Below the pieces are notes generated by a model. It was not told the origin of the DNA. It was given only the letters and a program-made list of their open reading frames with translations, and ran no database searches. Position numbers and translations under genes: made by a program. Positions 1 through 12,291 of a stretch of 64,000 nucleotides of DNA are shown here, in pieces (positions within the stretch are counted from its first letter, which is position 1; the number at the start of each line of letters is the position of its first letter). The DNA lies in the NCBI GenBank assembly GCA_963710605.1, contig CAVQBA010000005.1, positions 160,001-224,000 of the forward strand, given 5' to 3'. The stretch is from an uncultured cyanobacterium. Its GTDB lineage: Bacteria > Cyanobacteriota > Cyanobacteriia > Cyanobacteriales > Cyanobacteriaceae.

Positions 1-431
1 CTATTATGGAGTAAATAAAAATTATAGTTTTGTTGTAAAAATATATTATATATTTGACGGCTTATAGTATTAGAAATACTTGCCATTAAATTATTTTGTT
101 TATAGATAAGAAATATTCTTAAACCAGTACTAATGAATATTATGAAAACCCAAGCTGTACTCAAAGCTAGAATTAACCCAAGTGAAGTTTGAATATAAAA
201 AAAATCTAATGTTGGCTTAAAGGTTGGATTATCAGCTATAAAGGATGGATTGCTCAGAACGGTTAAAAAAGGCAGGGTAGAACCCAAACTTACAACTTCT
301 GTAAAAGAAGAAACTACCATCAAAATTAAGAGAATAATTAACTGATAGCGATGATAACTACTTAAGTATTGAAATAATTGCAGTAATTGTTGAAATAAAT
401 TTTTACCAATTATCTTTGTCTGTTTAGGCAT
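1..431 (-). CDS. 5' part of ABC transporter permease/ATP-binding protein (polysaccharide-locus, HepA-like); runs off the left edge
   Basis: Manual translation from ATG at 431: MPKQTKIIGKNLFQQLLQLFQYLSSYHRYQLIILLILMVVSSFTEVVSLGSTLPFLTVLSNP..., typical N-terminal ABC membrane domain; directly downstream of wzc. Confidence 0.7.
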   Translation of the reverse strand, partial: MPKQTKIIGKNLFQQLLQLFQYLSSYHRYQLIILLILMVVSSFTEVVSLGSTLPFLTVLSNPSFIADNPTFKPTLDFFYIQTSLGLILALSTAWVFIIFISTGLRIFLIYKQNNLMASISNTISRQIYNIFLQQNYNFYLLHN

Positions 432-482
432 TATTAAATAATAATTTATTTTGTTTTATTATAGATACTTTTGATAATTAAA

Positions 483-2654
483 TCATTTATTAATTTCTAA
501 TTGATTAGTTTCTAATTGATAATAATAATTATGGGATTCTTTGGGTGAAACCTTTCCATTAATAACCATTCCTAAAACTTTTTGTTCTGATTGTTGTAAT
601 ATATATTTAGCAAGATTAGCATTTTCATAATCAAGTAATTCAGTTCTTGCTACTAACAAAACTCCATCAGCGATCGATGCTATATTAACAGCATCTACAA
701 ATAAGTTCAAAGGAGGAGTATCAACAAGAATGTAGTCATAATCGTGAGAAATATCTTTTAGAAAAGTCTTTATTTGCAAATGACGAGCTTTCATTTTATT
801 ATTCTCATCGATCGATCCTGGTCTGAATAAATCAAGTTCTTTTTCTACTTCTACTATTGCTTTTCGAGGATCTATCTTATTCTCTGTAGTATCATCTAAA
901 GTCATATTTTCTTCAACATCCCAAATTTTATACTGAGAAGCATGCCGAAAATTCCAATCAACAATTAGTACCTTAAGCCCTAATTGATTTATTGCCATCG
1001 CTAAATTAGCTACTACTGTGGATGTACCTTCTCTAGGAACGGAGCTAGTCACTACAATAAACTTGTTCTGAGAATCTGAATGTTTTAGTTTTAAATTAGT
1101 AAAAAGAACTTGGTAGGATTGACTAATAAAAGAGTTTGGATTTTCTCTAACAACAATTTGAGGAGTCGGTTGTTTCAAAGTAAAATGGGTATAAGATTTA
1201 TTGACAAATGGAATCAATCCTAATATAGGATATCCAAATAAATTTTTGGCTTGTTCTGCGGTTTTAATTGATTTGTCAATGGCTTCCAAGGCAATTATGG
1301 TTAAAAAACCAGAAACTATAGCGAACAAAAAACTCCTAGTTATATACTGATTTCTATTAGGAGAGAAGGGTCGCTCTGGAACTAAAGCTTTGGACATCAA
1401 ACTAACATTTACCAGATTCTGGTTCTCTTCTATTCTAATTTCTTCAAGTTTTTGTAAAAGCGAAGTATAACTTGACTGAGCAATTTGTAATCGACTTTCT
1501 AATTCCCTTTCTTTTTGTTTTAACTGAGGAATAATTGTTAACTTTGTCTCATTGTCAACTTTTTTCTGAGATAAAGCCTTTATTTGACTTAACAAACCCA
1601 AACGTTTGATTTCTAATTGAACCAACTGTGAGGTAAGATCTTGTTGCAGTTGTCCGAATTGTTGAGAATTTTTAGATTGTGACTGTCCTGATGAAGGTAC
1701 ACCAATTGCGGCTAATCTTTCGTTTAATAATTCTTGTAATGCTTGTCGCTTATTTTTTAAATCTATAATTACAGGATTTTCTTCTGTAAAAATTGTTCGG
1801 TTTACTTTTAGTTGTGCTTCTGTTTGTTGAAGTTCTCCGAGTACTCCTTGAATACCTGGGTTTTGAGTAATAATTGTTGCTGTTACAGATTCTTTCACAT
1901 ACATTTCCAATTGTTTTTCAATTGCTTGTATCTGAGTATTAGTTTCTGCTAGAGCTATTTGGGCTTGACTAATCTGTTGCTGTTGTTGACTCAAAGCTGA
2001 TAATTTTGAAGTTGTTTCTGCGGTTAAATCAACAATCTGATTATCATTTTTAAAACGACGTAAATTTTCTTCGGCTTTGATGAGGTTTGCCTCTAGTTCG
2101 GGTAACTGATTTTCAATAAATTCTTTTCCTGTTGATGTTTGAGAACGCGTAAGTTCTTGATTTTTTTCTAGGTAAATTTCAACTAAATTATTAACTGCTG
2201 AGGCTACTTTTTGTGGGTCAGTACCAACATAACTTACTTCTAAGATATCAGTACCTGCTAAAGCTTGGATTGAAAAATTTCTGCGGAATCGCTCGTATTC
2301 ATTATTGGTTAACTCAGTATTGTTACCCGATCGTAATTGATTTTGCTTAACCACTTCTTCAATTATAGGAACAGCAAGCATCTTTTCGGATTCAGTTGTT
2401 AAAGGACTTCCAACTAGGTTATCTACTTGTCCTATTTCTTCACCTACTCCCGTAATTGAGGCGGTGGGGTCTTGTTGTTTAACTAAAAGCTTAGCATTAG
2501 CTCTATACAAAGGAGTTTCTAAAAACAAACTTAAGCCAGATAGCACAAAAACAACGATAGAAATACCACTAGCTGGTAACCAATGACGTTTTAAAATAAC
2601 TAAGTATTTGCTGATATCAAAATATTGTGATTCTTCGTTAAAATTTTCTATCAT
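483..2654 (-). CDS. wzc: Wzc/GumC-family polysaccharide co-polymerase with tyrosine-kinase-like C-terminal domain
   Basis: N-terminal TM, long coiled coil, second TM, degenerate Walker A (TSSVPREGTS), VDTPP motif, Tyr-rich tail (NYYY). Confidence 0.9.
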   Translation of the reverse strand: MIENFNEESQYFDISKYLVILKRHWLPASGISIVVFVLSGLSLFLETPLYRANAKLLVKQQDPTASITGVGEEIGQVDNLVGSPLTTESEKMLAVPIIEEVVKQNQLRSGNNTELTNNEYERFRRNFSIQALAGTDILEVSYVGTDPQKVASAVNNLVEIYLEKNQELTRSQTSTGKEFIENQLPELEANLIKAEENLRRFKNDNQIVDLTAETTSKLSALSQQQQQISQAQIALAETNTQIQAIEKQLEMYVKESVTATIITQNPGIQGVLGELQQTEAQLKVNRTIFTEENPVIIDLKNKRQALQELLNERLAAIGVPSSGQSQSKNSQQFGQLQQDLTSQLVQLEIKRLGLLSQIKALSQKKVDNETKLTIIPQLKQKERELESRLQIAQSSYTSLLQKLEEIRIEENQNLVNVSLMSKALVPERPFSPNRNQYITRSFLFAIVSGFLTIIALEAIDKSIKTAEQAKNLFGYPILGLIPFVNKSYTHFTLKQPTPQIVVRENPNSFISQSYQVLFTNLKLKHSDSQNKFIVVTSSVPREGTSTVVANLAMAINQLGLKVLIVDWNFRHASQYKIWDVEENMTLDDTTENKIDPRKAIVEVEKELDLFRPGSIDENNKMKARHLQIKTFLKDISHDYDYILVDTPPLNLFVDAVNIASIADGVLLVARTELLDYENANLAKYILQQSEQKVLGMVINGKVSPKESHNYYYQLETNQLEINK

Positions 2655-2744
2655 GGTTTGCGATATTACTTACAAATATTTTTAATTATTAGGAAAATAG
2701 TAAGCTTTTAACTAGTTCAACGCTTACCAGATAAAATACAAATA

Positions 2745-3734
2745 TTAATTTTCATAATTTTTTGTGAGATAAATTTCACCTAAGACTATCATTATTATAA
2801 CTATGAGTAGGCTAATCCATGCTCCTAAATTATTATTACCTAAATAATAAGTAATAATAACAATTAATAAATTAACTAAAATATAGATGTTGGTTATTTG
2901 AGCGTAAGTTAAATTTGATTTTCCTAGTCTCTGATATAAATGTTCTCTGTGTGCTTGAAATAAATTTTTTCCATTTAAAAAACGGCGTACTAAAGTATAA
3001 ATTGCATCACCAACTAAAGGTAAAATAATCACTAAGGCTGACCATGCTTTATTTGGTTCACCATCATGATTCAATAAAGCGATCGTAATTATTGCTCCAA
3101 GAAATGTACTACCAACATCTCCCATAAAAATTTTGGCTGGAGACCAATTCCAATACAAAAACCCGATTAAAGCCGCGACTAGTAACCAGAGTAAAGGTTG
3201 ATTAAAATAAATTGCTAAAAAGCATAGTTGTATTACACTACATCCAGCTACCAGACCATCTATACCATCCATAAAGTTATAGAAATTAATCATCGCAGTT
3301 ATGCCAATTATGGTTAAAGCGATCGCAATTATGTGTCCTGCTAATCCTAATTGCATTAACCAAGGTTGGGGAAAAGCTCCGAAATAGGCAACAATAATAC
3401 AAGCACAACTAAATTGAGATAGATAACGAGTTAATGCTGGCATACCTTGAAGATCGTCTAATATCCCCACTACAATCAAGGGAATTAAAGCGATCCAAAA
3501 AAATAAAGATGGAATAATCGACTCGATAAAGCAAAAACCGATCGTGCTAGTAATAGCGAAGGTAATGATAAATCCTAAGCCGCCTCCACGAGGAATGGGT
3601 TGGCTATGAGAGCTTCTTTCATTGGGAATATCTAACAGTGTTTGACTGAAGTATTTTTTAATCGCAAATGTGAGCCAAATACTAATTAAAAAACTACTTA
3701 TTGCTAAAACTAGTAACCGTGTTGTTAATGTCAT
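2745..3734 (-). CDS. MraY/WecA-like polyprenyl-phosphate sugar-1-phosphate transferase
   Basis: PNERSSH..PRGGG, GILDD, NFYNFMDGIDG, FMGDVGS, HREHLYQRL motifs; multi-TM. Confidence 0.9.
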   Translation of the reverse strand: MTLTTRLLVLAISSFLISIWLTFAIKKYFSQTLLDIPNERSSHSQPIPRGGGLGFIITFAITSTIGFCFIESIIPSLFFWIALIPLIVVGILDDLQGMPALTRYLSQFSCACIIVAYFGAFPQPWLMQLGLAGHIIAIALTIIGITAMINFYNFMDGIDGLVAGCSVIQLCFLAIYFNQPLLWLLVAALIGFLYWNWSPAKIFMGDVGSTFLGAIITIALLNHDGEPNKAWSALVIILPLVGDAIYTLVRRFLNGKNLFQAHREHLYQRLGKSNLTYAQITNIYILVNLLIVIITYYLGNNNLGAWISLLIVIIMIVLGEIYLTKNYEN

Positions 3735-3820
3735 ATCGATCGATAAACATACAATTATGAACTTTTAAAAAATATATTTAAACTAAAATTACTGTCAACC
3801 AGATTGGATTTTTTTATAAT

Positions 3821-4732
3821 TTAAAAAGTGGGAGATATTATTTTTTCTTGTTTGAGGATTTCAATTTCTTGATCAACTCCAGTTTCCAAACTACGGGGAT
3901 AAAAATCTAAATCTGTTTGAGCACTATCATGAGGATAAGCTTTATCTTCTCGTAATCTAAGAATTTGTTCCTTTCTTACAGGCGATCGTTTTCCTAGTAT
4001 TGTTTCTAAAATAGTAGCAGAGTAAACTCCCAATCTTAAGGGAATTTTTAATTTATAAATCGGTTTTTCGAGAATCTTTTCAACTATTTCTAATAATTCC
4101 AAAAAATTAACAACACTTTCACCTGAAATATTATAACAACCATTGATATTTAGCTTTTGTAGGCAAGTGAGAATAACCTGAGCTAGATCTTCAGCGTGAA
4201 CGGGTTGTAGTAAACTTTTTCCATCACCAAAGACAAAAAAGAAACCATATTTATCACAAAACTTAATTAATTTGTGTAAATTTTTATCTCGATGAGAACC
4301 GTAAATCATGGTCGGTCTTAATAAGCAATATTCTCCTCCATAATTAGATAACTGTGATTCGATACTTTTATAAATAGAAGAGTATTGATTATATTGAGAA
4401 TAAACACCAGTTGTCCCGATAACAATTAATCGAGGATTTTGTTTGACTTTTGCTAAGCTTTGGAGAATTTCAGGAATATGACGAATAGAAGCAATATGAA
4501 TGATAGTTTGTGGAGTATAGTTTTCTAGTATGTTGTTCCAAGTATTACTGGTTGAACTATCACCGATAATATAATTGAGGTTAAGATTCAGATTATCTAT
4601 TTGCGAACAATTACTCGTAGGTTGAATCAAACAGTAAATTTTTTTTTGCGGTGCTATCTTTGCTAACTGTTCTAAAAAGAAAACTCCTTGTAGTCCAGTT
4701 GCTCCCGTCATCAAAATCTCAATTGGTTTCAT
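3821..4732 (-). CDS. NAD-dependent epimerase/dehydratase (extended SDR)
   Basis: TGATGLQG Rossmann motif, YSSIYK, LRPTMIYG, QPVHAEDLA. Confidence 0.85.
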   Translation of the reverse strand: MKPIEILMTGATGLQGVFFLEQLAKIAPQKKIYCLIQPTSNCSQIDNLNLNLNYIIGDSSTSNTWNNILENYTPQTIIHIASIRHIPEILQSLAKVKQNPRLIVIGTTGVYSQYNQYSSIYKSIESQLSNYGGEYCLLRPTMIYGSHRDKNLHKLIKFCDKYGFFFVFGDGKSLLQPVHAEDLAQVILTCLQKLNINGCYNISGESVVNFLELLEIVEKILEKPIYKLKIPLRLGVYSATILETILGKRSPVRKEQILRLREDKAYPHDSAQTDLDFYPRSLETGVDQEIEILKQEKIISPTF

Positions 4733-5837
4733 GATATATTTTCCTTTTAGCTAAAATCTTTTGATACAAGTTAAAAGTTTTTGCAAACATTTGATCAAAA
4801 GTAAATTCTTCTTCATACCTTGTTCTTGCTTGTTCGCCCATTTTTTGACGTAGTTGATCATTGGCAACCAATTCACAAAGTTGTTTTCGTAAAGTGACGA
4901 TGTCACCTTGAGGAACACAATATCCTGTAATCCCCTCCAAAATTGCCTCAGAAGCACCACCAACATCGGAGACAATTACGGGCAATCCTGCTCTCATTGC
5001 TTCAATAGTAGTACGAGGAAAACCTTCCCAATTAGAAATTAAAACAAAGATTTGAGCTTCTGATAATATTTCAGCTACATTAAAACAATGACCCCTGAAG
5101 CGAACTCGCTCGGATAAACCTAAATCTTGAACTAAATTTTTAATTGATTCTATGTTAGAGCCTTCACCGACTAAATCTAATTGTACCCCCTCAATATTTT
5201 GTAATGCTTTAATCAAAGTTAGATGATCTTTTTGCTGTTCAAAACGAGCAATCATAACTATTTTTACTGGGTCATTTTTGCTTGGATTAGCTTTCAACTG
5301 TTCTGAGATATTGGGCATTCCGTTATGAATAGTTAACAATCGATCCTCAGACATACCTATTTTTAAACCAATTTGACGATCGTGATTAGAAACACATACG
5401 ATTTGCGTTGCTAAATTTTCAGTTAATTTTTCTATATTTTGGTAAATAATACGTTGAGGTTGTGGTACACCTTCAGTAAAAGCCCAACCATGAGCTGTAA
5501 AAATACATGGAGTACCTGTTAATTTAGCGGCTAATCTTCCCAAAATACCTGCCTTACTAGAATGGGTACTAATTAGATCTGGTTGAAAGTTTTTAATTGT
5601 ATTAGTTATAAAATTAAAAGTTTGCCAATCTTTGATCGGATTAAGATTCCTGATGAAAGTAGAACAGCATAAGTGCTTAACCTTATTCTGAGCCAAATTT
5701 TCTGTGTAAGGACCACCAGAGCCTGTCAATATTAATACTTGGTGATGATTTTTTTGGAGATGAATTGCTAAATCTCTAACATGAACTTGTGCTCCACCAA
5801 TAGTATCTGCTCTTGTAATGATAAATAGTATTCTCAT
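4719..5837 (-). CDS. GT4 family glycosyltransferase
   Basis: GGAQ, HSSKAG, EGFPRTTIEAM (EX7E), SDVGG. Confidence 0.9.
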   Translation of the reverse strand: MRILFIITRADTIGGAQVHVRDLAIHLQKNHHQVLILTGSGGPYTENLAQNKVKHLCCSTFIRNLNPIKDWQTFNFITNTIKNFQPDLISTHSSKAGILGRLAAKLTGTPCIFTAHGWAFTEGVPQPQRIIYQNIEKLTENLATQIVCVSNHDRQIGLKIGMSEDRLLTIHNGMPNISEQLKANPSKNDPVKIVMIARFEQQKDHLTLIKALQNIEGVQLDLVGEGSNIESIKNLVQDLGLSERVRFRGHCFNVAEILSEAQIFVLISNWEGFPRTTIEAMRAGLPVIVSDVGGASEAILEGITGYCVPQGDIVTLRKQLCELVANDQLRQKMGEQARTRYEEEFTFDQMFAKTFNLYQKILAKRKIYHETN

Positions 5838-6041
5838 TGATGATAGTAAAATGAATAAATTTTTGAACAGGAAAAACGTTTACAAGTACAAATTTTAAGA
5901 GAATAATGTTAAATAGTATCGACTATTGTATCTGTTTTAGATTCAATTGTAGTATAAAAACAAGAATCTTAAATTATCTATTCTGCTGCTTTTATTCATT
6001 TATCAAACTTAATTACTAAACTTTACTTTATTCGGTAGTTT

Positions 6042-6664
6042 TCACGAGTAATCTTTGAATTTGGTCATGGTAGCATGATTTGGATGAGAAATTCCTTCTC
6101 TTTGTAAAACTTTGACCACAGTTATTAGCAAAATCTTAAAATCCAACCAAAGACTCCAATTATCTATATACCAGACATCTAGTTTCAATTTTTTTCCCAA
6201 TTAAGAGCATTACGACCATTTACCTGAGCCCAACCAGTTATTCCAGGTAGAACATCGTGTCTGCGTGCTTGTTCTGGATTATATCAATCGAGGTATTCTA
6301 CTAACAAGGGGCGAGGACCAACTAAACTCATCTCACCTTTAATTACATTCCCAAGTTGTGGAAGTTCATCTAAACTTGTTTTGCGTAGAAATTGACCTAA
6401 AGTAGTAAGACGTTGTTTGTCAGGAAGAAGATTTCCCGCTGAATCAGATTTACTATTCATACTACGGAACTTATAGAAGTTAAAAATTTGGCTCTGTTTA
6501 CCAGGACGAGGTTGAACAAACAAAACTGGGCTACCCATACGCAGTCTAATTACGATCGCAGTTACTAGCATGACAGGAAAGAAAAGTATCAAAATAATCA
6601 AGGATACTAGTCTATCTGCGACTATCTTGATTATTTTTGCTAAGGTATTTTTACTATTTTTCAT
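6042..6664 (-). pseudogene. Bacterial sugar transferase (WcaJ/PglC-like), disrupted
   Basis: [17 protein letters not shown], then in-frame TGA at 6284-6286; continues [24 protein letters not shown]; a 1-nt deletion in the A7 run (~6190) precedes LDVWYIDNWSLWLDFKIL. Confidence 0.85.
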
Positions 6665-6740
6665 CTCTTTAAAATCAATTATTATTAATAGATAAAGTTA
6701 GTTTATTTTTCTACAATGGTATCAAAAATAAGTTAAATAT

Positions 6741-7604
6741 ATGTATCAAGAAAATTTAGATAAAACTACTGTTATCTCAATAAGTGAAGAGGAATTTGCT
6801 CAATATCATCATCATCATAAGATAAAAATAATTAAACATAACGATCGCTATTGGGAAGAAACATTTATAGGCTTCTATCAACCAATACATTGGATGAGTC
6901 GCTTAACTCCAAAACAAGCAACCTGTCCGACACAACGATGGTACTGGGGATTTCGATGTGCTTTAGAGGAGAAATACAGTAACATTGCTAATGGTTCTCT
7001 TCCAGTTCACTTATTAACAAATATTAAAAATTACGACGGACAAAACCTTTCATCTAACCGTAGAAATCACTTAAGAAGATGTCATCGTCGAGCAAAAATT
7101 GTCGAACTAAAAGGAACAAAATTATTAATCGAGCAAGGATATGATGTCTATCATTCTGCGATTGTCAGAACTAATTATCAGAAGCCTCTTTCTCAACAAA
7201 AATATCGAAAACAGCTCACAGCTAAACAGAACAACACCGAAAAATGCAAGTGGTTAGTCTTAGCAGGTTTGATAGGTGATAAGTTAGGTGGTTATCTGAG
7301 TGGCTATGCGGTCAATGGTACGGCTTATATTCCTGAAGTTTATATTGCGACTGAAGCTTTATCGACTTATATGGGTACGGGGTTAGTTTTTGAGTTTATT
7401 CAAGCTTGTCGTCGTTCAGGACAAATTCATGAGATTGTTTATGGTTTGCACTCTAGAGAAGATAAAGCTTTATGTACTTTCAAAAAAGGAATGAAGTTTG
7501 AAGTCAAAAATATTCCTGCTAAAGTGAAAATGAATCTGGTGCTAAAAACACTGATACGCTTGAGATACCCACATAAATATTATCGATTAACTGGTCAAAA
7601 GTGA
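6741..7604 (+). CDS. Hypothetical protein, probable GNAT/FemAB-like fold
   Basis: SSNRRNHLRR and LCTFKKGMKF resemble FemAB/GNAT substrate-binding motifs; adjacent to a GNAT gene. Confidence 0.5.
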   Translation: MYQENLDKTTVISISEEEFAQYHHHHKIKIIKHNDRYWEETFIGFYQPIHWMSRLTPKQATCPTQRWYWGFRCALEEKYSNIANGSLPVHLLTNIKNYDGQNLSSNRRNHLRRCHRRAKIVELKGTKLLIEQGYDVYHSAIVRTNYQKPLSQQKYRKQLTAKQNNTEKCKWLVLAGLIGDKLGGYLSGYAVNGTAYIPEVYIATEALSTYMGTGLVFEFIQACRRSGQIHEIVYGLHSREDKALCTFKKGMKFEVKNIPAKVKMNLVLKTLIRLRYPHKYYRLTGQK

Positions 7605-7608
7605 GTAT

Positions 7609-8692
7609 ATGAATTGTAAAATCATTAGTGTTAACGATCCTTTATGGATATATTTATTAAAAACTATTCCTCATGATATTTATCACTTACCCCATTATGT
7701 CTGGTTAGAAGCACAGAGAATTAAAGCTATTCCTAAAGCTATCGTCATTTTAGAACAAGAGAAAATTTTCTTTTTACCTTATTTACAGCGTAAAATTGAG
7801 CAATTATCGGCAGAAAAATCAAACAGTCTTGAATTATTTGATGTTATTTCACCTTATGGCTATCCGGGAATATTATTAAATGAGCCAGCAAGTAAATGTT
7901 CTCAGTTTTTAAACTTAGCTATCGATAAACTAATTAATGAGTTATCTCAAAAGAATATTTGTTCGGCATTTTTGCGTTTGCATCCACTTCTTAATTGTAA
8001 TTATCACAAAATTTTTTCTCCTCAAATTTGTCACTTGGGTGGAGAGACTGTATCGATCGATCTTACTTTAGAAAAAGAGCAGATTCTTACTCAAACTAGA
8101 TCTAGGTTTCGCACTCAGATTAATAAATCTATTCACGACGGATTTGAAGCAAAAATGGTGAGTTTTCGAAATTATTTAGATGAGTTTAAAGAAATTTATC
8201 ACCAAACCATGACACGTCTTCAGGCTAATGAACTTTACTTTTTCGATTGTATCTACTTCGTTAATCTTCTCAATTTAGACGAAAATATTCATTTGTGTAT
8301 TGTTAAATTAAAAGACGAAGTGATCTTGTGCAGGATTATTCACTGAATGTTGTGGAATAGTTCAATATCATCTTGGAGGAACAAAAGATAAGTTTGTTAA
8401 ACAATCTCCTAGCAAGCTAATGCTTCATTATGTTCGCTTTTGGGCGAAAGAACGTGGCAATAAAGTATTACATTTGGGTGGTGGATTAGGTGGTAGATCT
8501 CAAGACAGCTTGTATCATTTCAAATCTGGCTTCTCGAAGCAGACAAATAATTATTCGACTTTTAGGCTCATTGTCAATCAAGAAAAATACGATCGTCTGC
8601 TTAATTCAACTGCCAAATATTTAAATCTTGAACCAAAAATAATTATTGAATCTGGTTTTTTTCCTAGCTATCGTTATCAAATCGACCCTTAA
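7609..8692 (+). CDS. GNAT/FemAB-like acyltransferase, split by a +1 frameshift near 8326
   Basis: DVISPYGYPG, FLRLHPL; removing one T gives VICAGLFTECCGIVQYHLGGT continuing into LHLGGGLGG..LYHFKSGF..FFPSYR. Confidence 0.8.
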
Positions 8693-8765
8693 GGGAACAT
8701 ACGTACGTATAACATCAGAATAGAGGCTACATTAATAAGTTTTTAACAGGTCCGTCTAGTTTAGA

Positions 8766-9503
8766 TTAGGTATTTTGATTACGAGCATTTTTAGAAATAC
8801 TAATTAATAAAATTCCAGAAATTAATGCTCCTAAAATCCATTTAATCGAGTTTTCTAACAAAGTAAAACGTAAATTAGAAAGTGTCTCCCTTCCTCTAGC
8901 CCGTATATTTGTTTCTTCAACATCAATTGATAACAAAAGCTCTTTTTTAATCTCTTCTACCTGTTGGGTATTTTTAATTTCTGGAGCTTGGCTGTTTTGA
9001 TTGAGACGACTCAGAAGTTCTTGCATTTGTTGTGTATTGGTTACTTGTCCTACTTGGGAAGAAGCATTTTTTACCACTTCTATTTGTTCATTTACTTGAG
9101 CCGAAATATTTTTCTGATTTTGCTTGTCAATACGTATCGTATTGAAAATCCCCAAAGGAATAAAAAGAAGTAGTACCAAACCATAAATAAAAGCTATCCA
9201 AGCCAAAAACTTGACTATAGGAAGTTCCCATTTAGCTCTGGCTTGTTGACCACAGAAAAATACTAAGGCAAATCCTAGTACAGGAACAATAACCTTCTCA
9301 ACCATTTGCCCTAAAAGTTGTAATTCCCAAGTAGGGTTAAAAAATTGGGGAGGATACAATATCGTTACAAAATCTAATAAGGTTAATATTAAAAAAAAAT
9401 AACCAATTCTTCGCAAAATATTTGCTGATTTTAACAAGCTAGAATTACTTTGGTTTAAATTTTCTACTGAGTCAATTAATTTGTGCTGATCTGATGTAGG
9501 CAT
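8766..9503 (-). CDS. HpsJ-like cyanobacterial membrane protein
   Basis: PPQFFNPTWELQLLGQMVEKVIVPVLGFALVF pattern; three N-terminal TMs, soluble loop, C-terminal TM. Confidence 0.7.
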   Translation of the reverse strand: MPTSDQHKLIDSVENLNQSNSSLLKSANILRRIGYFFLILTLLDFVTILYPPQFFNPTWELQLLGQMVEKVIVPVLGFALVFFCGQQARAKWELPIVKFLAWIAFIYGLVLLLFIPLGIFNTIRIDKQNQKNISAQVNEQIEVVKNASSQVGQVTNTQQMQELLSRLNQNSQAPEIKNTQQVEEIKKELLLSIDVEETNIRARGRETLSNLRFTLLENSIKWILGALISGILLISISKNARNQNT

Positions 9504-10219
9504 AGTTACAATATATTTTTAACGGATATTTTGAATGACCTATCGGGTTTAGCTAAATTGGTAGAATTTTAATTTTCGTAAAGACAAAACAAAAACAGAA
9601 AGTATTCAGTTGATATTATCCTACCAATTAGGTGATTATAGGCAATCGTCACAGAAGGTATTTTTGCTCTACTGATTAAAACATTTTCAGAAATCGGCAG
9701 ACAAAAACCGATCAAATTTTTGGCATAACCTAGTTTTTTCTAATATTACAAAATAAATTTTTATTACTAACTATTGTTGAAAATTTATCTTGATATCAAG
9801 AATTAAAAGTTAATGGTACTAGAATTAGCTGGAAAACTGCTTGAAATGTTTCAAAATTTTAATAAAATATCTAAAAATATTAGTTTTTTAGATATTTAAA
9901 TATTGATTTTTTTAAATTAATTCAATTTATTAAGTATTCTCTAAGGTTTAGTTGACAAAAAATAATTATTTAGTTAGGATCACCTAAGTAGGCTGTAACC
10001 TTTTGTGACAGCAATAGTACTACTTTTGTTGTCTTGTTAATATTACGTAGAAAGAACCAAAAAGCATTATTGCTATTTAGATTGAGATTGAATTCAATCT
10101 TCTTCGGCTAATACTTCAACTATAAAATTCAACATAAATTAAGTAAATATACGAGCGAAATAAGAAATATATCTACTCCCCCCTAAGACACTAACAGTTT
10201 ATATGGATAGCAAAATATT

Positions 10220-12233
10220 ATGAATTTAAACTTAAAAAGCACCAGCATAAGAAATCGTCATTTTTTCGCAATGGATATACTAATTAATTGTCTGACCACA
10301 TCAATTGCTTTATTTCTTAGATTAGATAGTATTTCTGTTCATCATATTTCTGGTTTAGTTGTAGCTACAATTCTATTTTTAATTATCAAACAGACTGTTT
10401 TTTATAAATTTGGCTTATATAAATGTTATTGGCGTTATGCAAGTATTGATGAAGCAGAACAAATAATAAAGATGGTTTTTGCTTCTACATTATTACAAAC
10501 TGTTTTATTCTACGGTTTATATTATTCGCCTTATGCCCCCATTCGCGAGCTACCAAGATCTTTGCCTATTCTTGATGGGATGGTGACACTTATTTTACTT
10601 AGCTTACTCCGGTTCAGCCTTCGTTGGTTCGATCGAAAAAGCAAGACTAAGAAAAGAGCGAACTCTCCACACAACGGTAGTCGAGTGTTAGTGGTTGGTG
10701 CGGGAAATGCAGGTATTGCGATCGTTAAGAGGATGCAAAGTATTCCCGAACAAGATTTGCTTCCGATCGCTTTTATTGATGACGATCCTGAAAAACTGGG
10801 CTTAAATATTCAAGGAATTCCTGTCTTGGGCAACCGTAATTTAATTTCCCAAATAGTTATTCGGGAAAAAATTAACAAAATTTTGATTGCTATGCCTTCG
10901 GTTTCAGGGGAAATAATTAGAAATATATTTGATATTTGTCACGATACAAAAGTAAAAACAATAACTTTACCTAGTCTTGACGAACTAATTGATCGCAACG
11001 TACACTTGACGAGTATTAGAGAAGTAAAGATTGAAGATCTCCTTAGAAGAAAAACTATCCAAACTAACTTAAAAAATGTCACACCATTTTTCAAGAAAAA
11101 AATAGTTCTTATTACTGGAGCGGGAGATATCTATTGGTAGTGAAATATCCCGTCAAATTCTCAAATCTATGCCAGACGAAATTATTCTTTTAGGTCATGG
11201 TGAAAACTCTATCTTTTATATCGAGCAAGAGTTAAGAAATATTCTTAATAAAAATCCTCATTTTCAGGCAGTTAAACCTCGTTTGATAACCTATATTGCT
11301 GACATTCGTTGCAGAACACGTTTAGAAAAAGCTTTCAAACAATTTCGCCCCGATATAGTTTTTCATGCGGCGGCTCACAAACATGTACCTTTAATGGAAT
11401 TAAATCCAGCAGAGGCAATTACTAATAATGTTAGGGGAACAAAAAATTTACTGGATATGGCAGTAAAATACGACGTAGAAAATCTGGTAATGATTTCTTC
11501 AGATAAAGCTGTTAACCCAACTAACATAATGGGTGCCGCTAAAAGAGCCGCAGAGATGCTTGTTTTAGATACTGCCAGAAAGCAAAATAAATCTTTTGTG
11601 GTGGTTCGTTTTGGTAATGTTTTAGGTAGTCGTGGTAGTGTCATACCTACTTTTAAATCACAAATTGCGGCGGGAGGACCGGTTACTGTAACTCATCCTG
11701 AGATAACTCGTTATTTTATTACTATTCCCGAAGCAGTTCAACTAACTTTACAAGCATTATTGATGAATAACATGGGTGAAATCTTTATGCTTAATATGGA
11801 AGAATCTGTAAAAATTCTCGATCTGGCTAAAGAAATGATTCGTCTGTCTGGTTATAAATCAGAAAAAAATATCAAGATCGAATTCACGGGGCTTAGACTT
11901 GGAGAAAAGTTATATGAAGAGATGTTTCATGAAGATGAGGATTACTTACCGACTGACTCGAATCAAATTTTTGTTTGCTCTAAAGCCAGACATTTAATTC
12001 ATCCAGATTTAGATCTCATTATCCCTGAACTTTTTGATGCGGCATTTATGAACAATACTCCATTAATTATTACCTTACTAAAAGAATTAATACCAGGATA
12101 TAGACCTAATATACCTAATCAGGAACAAGAGAAAGTTTCTACTTATTCACATGCGTTTAGTCGAAAAAACATATTGCCGAATATAGATATTTCTCAGATT
12201 TTTACCCACAGTAATATCAAAATCCAAAAATAA
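10220..12233 (+). CDS. capD: CapD/WbpM-like nucleoside-diphosphate sugar dehydratase, split by a +1 frameshift near 11126
   Basis: N-terminal TMs, VGAGNAG, IEDLLRR, ITGAG/[shift]SIGSEI, HAAAHKHVP, SSDKAVNP, RFGNVLGSRGSV, GEKLYEE. Confidence 0.85.
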
Positions 12234-12291
12234 GTATAGACCATCTGAAAAAAATGAATAATATTTACAGCTATAGCAACAAACAAGTCAG

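Noticed and set aside
9995-10011. TGTAACCTTTTGTGACA as an NtcA site
   Set aside because: Spacing and right half do not fit GTA-N8-TAC
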